Origin: Raillietiella orientalis
Taxonomy: Eukaryota
Reading direction: 5' to 3'
Length of the DNA stretch: 64,000 nucleotides
Assembly (NCBI GenBank): GCA_036172245.1
Contig: JAYWIR010000018.1
Coordinates: forward strand, 186,001-250,000
In this document: piece by piece, positions 61,995 through 64,000 of the stretch
Numbering within the stretch: the stretch's first letter is position 1
Layout of the letters: every line of letters starts with the position of its first letter
Notes under the pieces: generated by a model
The model's database searches: none
Told to the model about the DNA's origin: nothing
The model's input: only the letters and a program-made list of their open reading frames with translations
Position numbers and translations under genes: made by a program

Positions 61995-62869
61995 GTTGTT
62001 ACAATTACAAGAAAACAATACGTCTTATTCTTATTTCAAATGACTAGATAACAATGAAAGACTATCATATTTGAATTCATCTTTTGTTATAATGATATAA
62101 TTCCATAATATAATTTCTCCTGCTTCACAATATGACAAATGTATCTACATAAAAATGACAATTTTGTTAATGAATGCAAATAAATTACAATTACAATAAT
62201 ACCCATGACATGTTTGCTTCCAAACACGAATGCATTGCAAAAAAATGTTCATGTTACAGGCAAAAATACGCAAATTCTTTAACCAGCTATTATACAAGAA
62301 ACAAGGATTATTTATTTTAAGGAACACCTTGACTGCATAAAAATCCGATTAAACTGTATGCTGATGCTAATAAAGGTAAGAGTACATGCAAGGATATTAT
62401 ATCAATCTTGCTTTTAAGCACACTTAATTATGTGAATGCAAGCAAGAAGCATCACCTTGCTATAACATATATAAAGAGCAAATCGATTCATTCACACAAT
62501 TTTTCAACAACCCCTATTATACGGAAACATTGTATTAATAATGACATAAAAACCATATTCTGCGGGCGTTCATTTTATCCTAACATACAATGCCTTTCTT
62601 TAAGCTTCTTGAAAAGTCAACATGATAGAGAACACTGTCTTCCTTTTAGCGCCTCGCTTATGAGGCATTAGTATTCGCTAGCAACGTTCCTAAAAATGAC
62701 TACCTTAATGTAGTTTATGTCGATTATTTCCATTGTAAAAATTTACCCCAAGCAGATAGAAAAATTATTAAATTATATCGTAGTATTCTAACGCCAATCT
62801 GCTTCTACGTCTTCACTCTGAACCACAATGGAATAAAAAAACACGAATTACCCCAAAACTTGTCACTCG

Positions 62870-63330
62870 TTACTACATTTGCAAGCACTACGGGATCTAG
62901 GGAAACAGTTCATGTATTTCTTCAAATTTCCATGGCAATCATCAGCTAGATTTAAAGTTCATACATCACATATGCATGCCATTAAACTACAAGTTTGCTA
63001 CAATCGTCTAACCAAAATACAACTTGCAACGTCTTTTTCTGAACAATTGAAAACACTCAACATGATCAAAATTATTATCGTACACACAGTCCACGCAGCC
63101 TACATATGTGCTTGCAACCCACCACTAGAAGCACACTTACATGCAATGTTCAAGAAGCAACTGATACAGACACGAACATCACATGCACTTTAACAGAAAA
63201 GCAAATACTGCTGCATATGCACTTAGCCGTGCATTAATCGAACTGCACGGATTTCCACCTATCCAACCCATTCCCGCACACTGCCACTCCATAACCAAAC
63301 TTTTGCAAAATGAGTTCTACCCTACAGCCC
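62870..63330 (+). mobile_element. Possible CR1/L2-type LINE RT C-terminal relic
   Basis: LRDLG..F and AY..CNPPLEA resemble RDLGV and Y..VRPxLEY. Confidence 0.4.
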
Positions 63331-64000
63331 ACCCTCTTGATAAGTTTAACGTAAATCTACACAGTACAATACTTATTGTAACTACTTTTTTTGTCACAAA
63401 ACATATTTTTACTTAAAGTTACATGATTACTACACGTCATATGATCTTCAACTGCTTTACATTTATTACACAAGCATACTACAACTACAGAGATCTTCGA
63501 CGTCAAGAAATTTTTTTTTTCAGGTTCGACTTTCAAAACTTTGTGGGGATTCTCCAATTATGTTTCAACCCGATGAAAAACAAAAAAACGCATTTACCGA
63601 ACGAATCCTACACTTCCTCTTCAAAACTTAGATGGGAGAACAGAAGTACCACAACCATCAGAATCTACCATAAACATCGAAATTTCGTGTTATAGAAAAT
63701 TCCCCAAAATAAAAATAATACAATAGCAAACAAGGAAAACAAAGGGCAAAAAGCTCAGTCACATAAACAAATACTTATCGTGAAAACTTCAAAAGTTAAA
63801 ATGTGGTATCTGTTATTTCTCGATATTCTTCACATTATGTAATCAGTAATATCAAAGCAATATTTTGATTTCTCAAAGAACACAATTCTACCTTCAAGGA
63901 GAGTGAAAATTGTGTTTCGTAACAGTGAATCACAACATGCTGAAAGAACAGCTTTAAGGAAAGAGTATTTTAATGGAAAAAATAACCTTCAACTTTTCAA

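Overview
Eukaryotic (animal, probably invertebrate) genomic DNA with very short spliceosomal introns (mostly 37-67 nt). There is no prokaryotic signal and no CRISPR array. Hand-splicing supports six genes: a pepsin-family protein that has lost its N-lobe catalytic Asp (minus, 1926-5096, 5' exon not found), MSH5 (plus, 24046-29234, first exon not found), MIEN1/Rdx-family (32976-33269), UBE2N/UBC13 (minus, 38567-40142), a KIAA2013 homologue (48155-51009, with a GC-AG intron) and transportin-1 (minus, 58348-~61994, 17 exons). Much of the remaining DNA is decayed copies of one GC-rich L1/Tx1-like LINE family, plus a few CR1/L2-like relics. Four structural observations stand out. (1) Two heavily diverged head-to-head LINE relics share a 667-bp inverted tract with only 2 mismatches seen (7327-7993 / 9715-10381). 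(2) A 54-bp-stem hairpin in UBC13 intron 2 is copied from a LINE relic 4 kb away. (3) An 806-bp dual oxidase fragment is inserted inside a LINE copy between 6-bp direct repeats. (4) There is a sharp CpG-rich versus CpG-poor mosaic between genes. Items 1 and 2 could reflect local copying that turns LINE relics into hairpin (dsRNA) sources, but that is a hypothesis. TE boundaries are approximate and all homology calls come from motif recognition by eye, not database searches.
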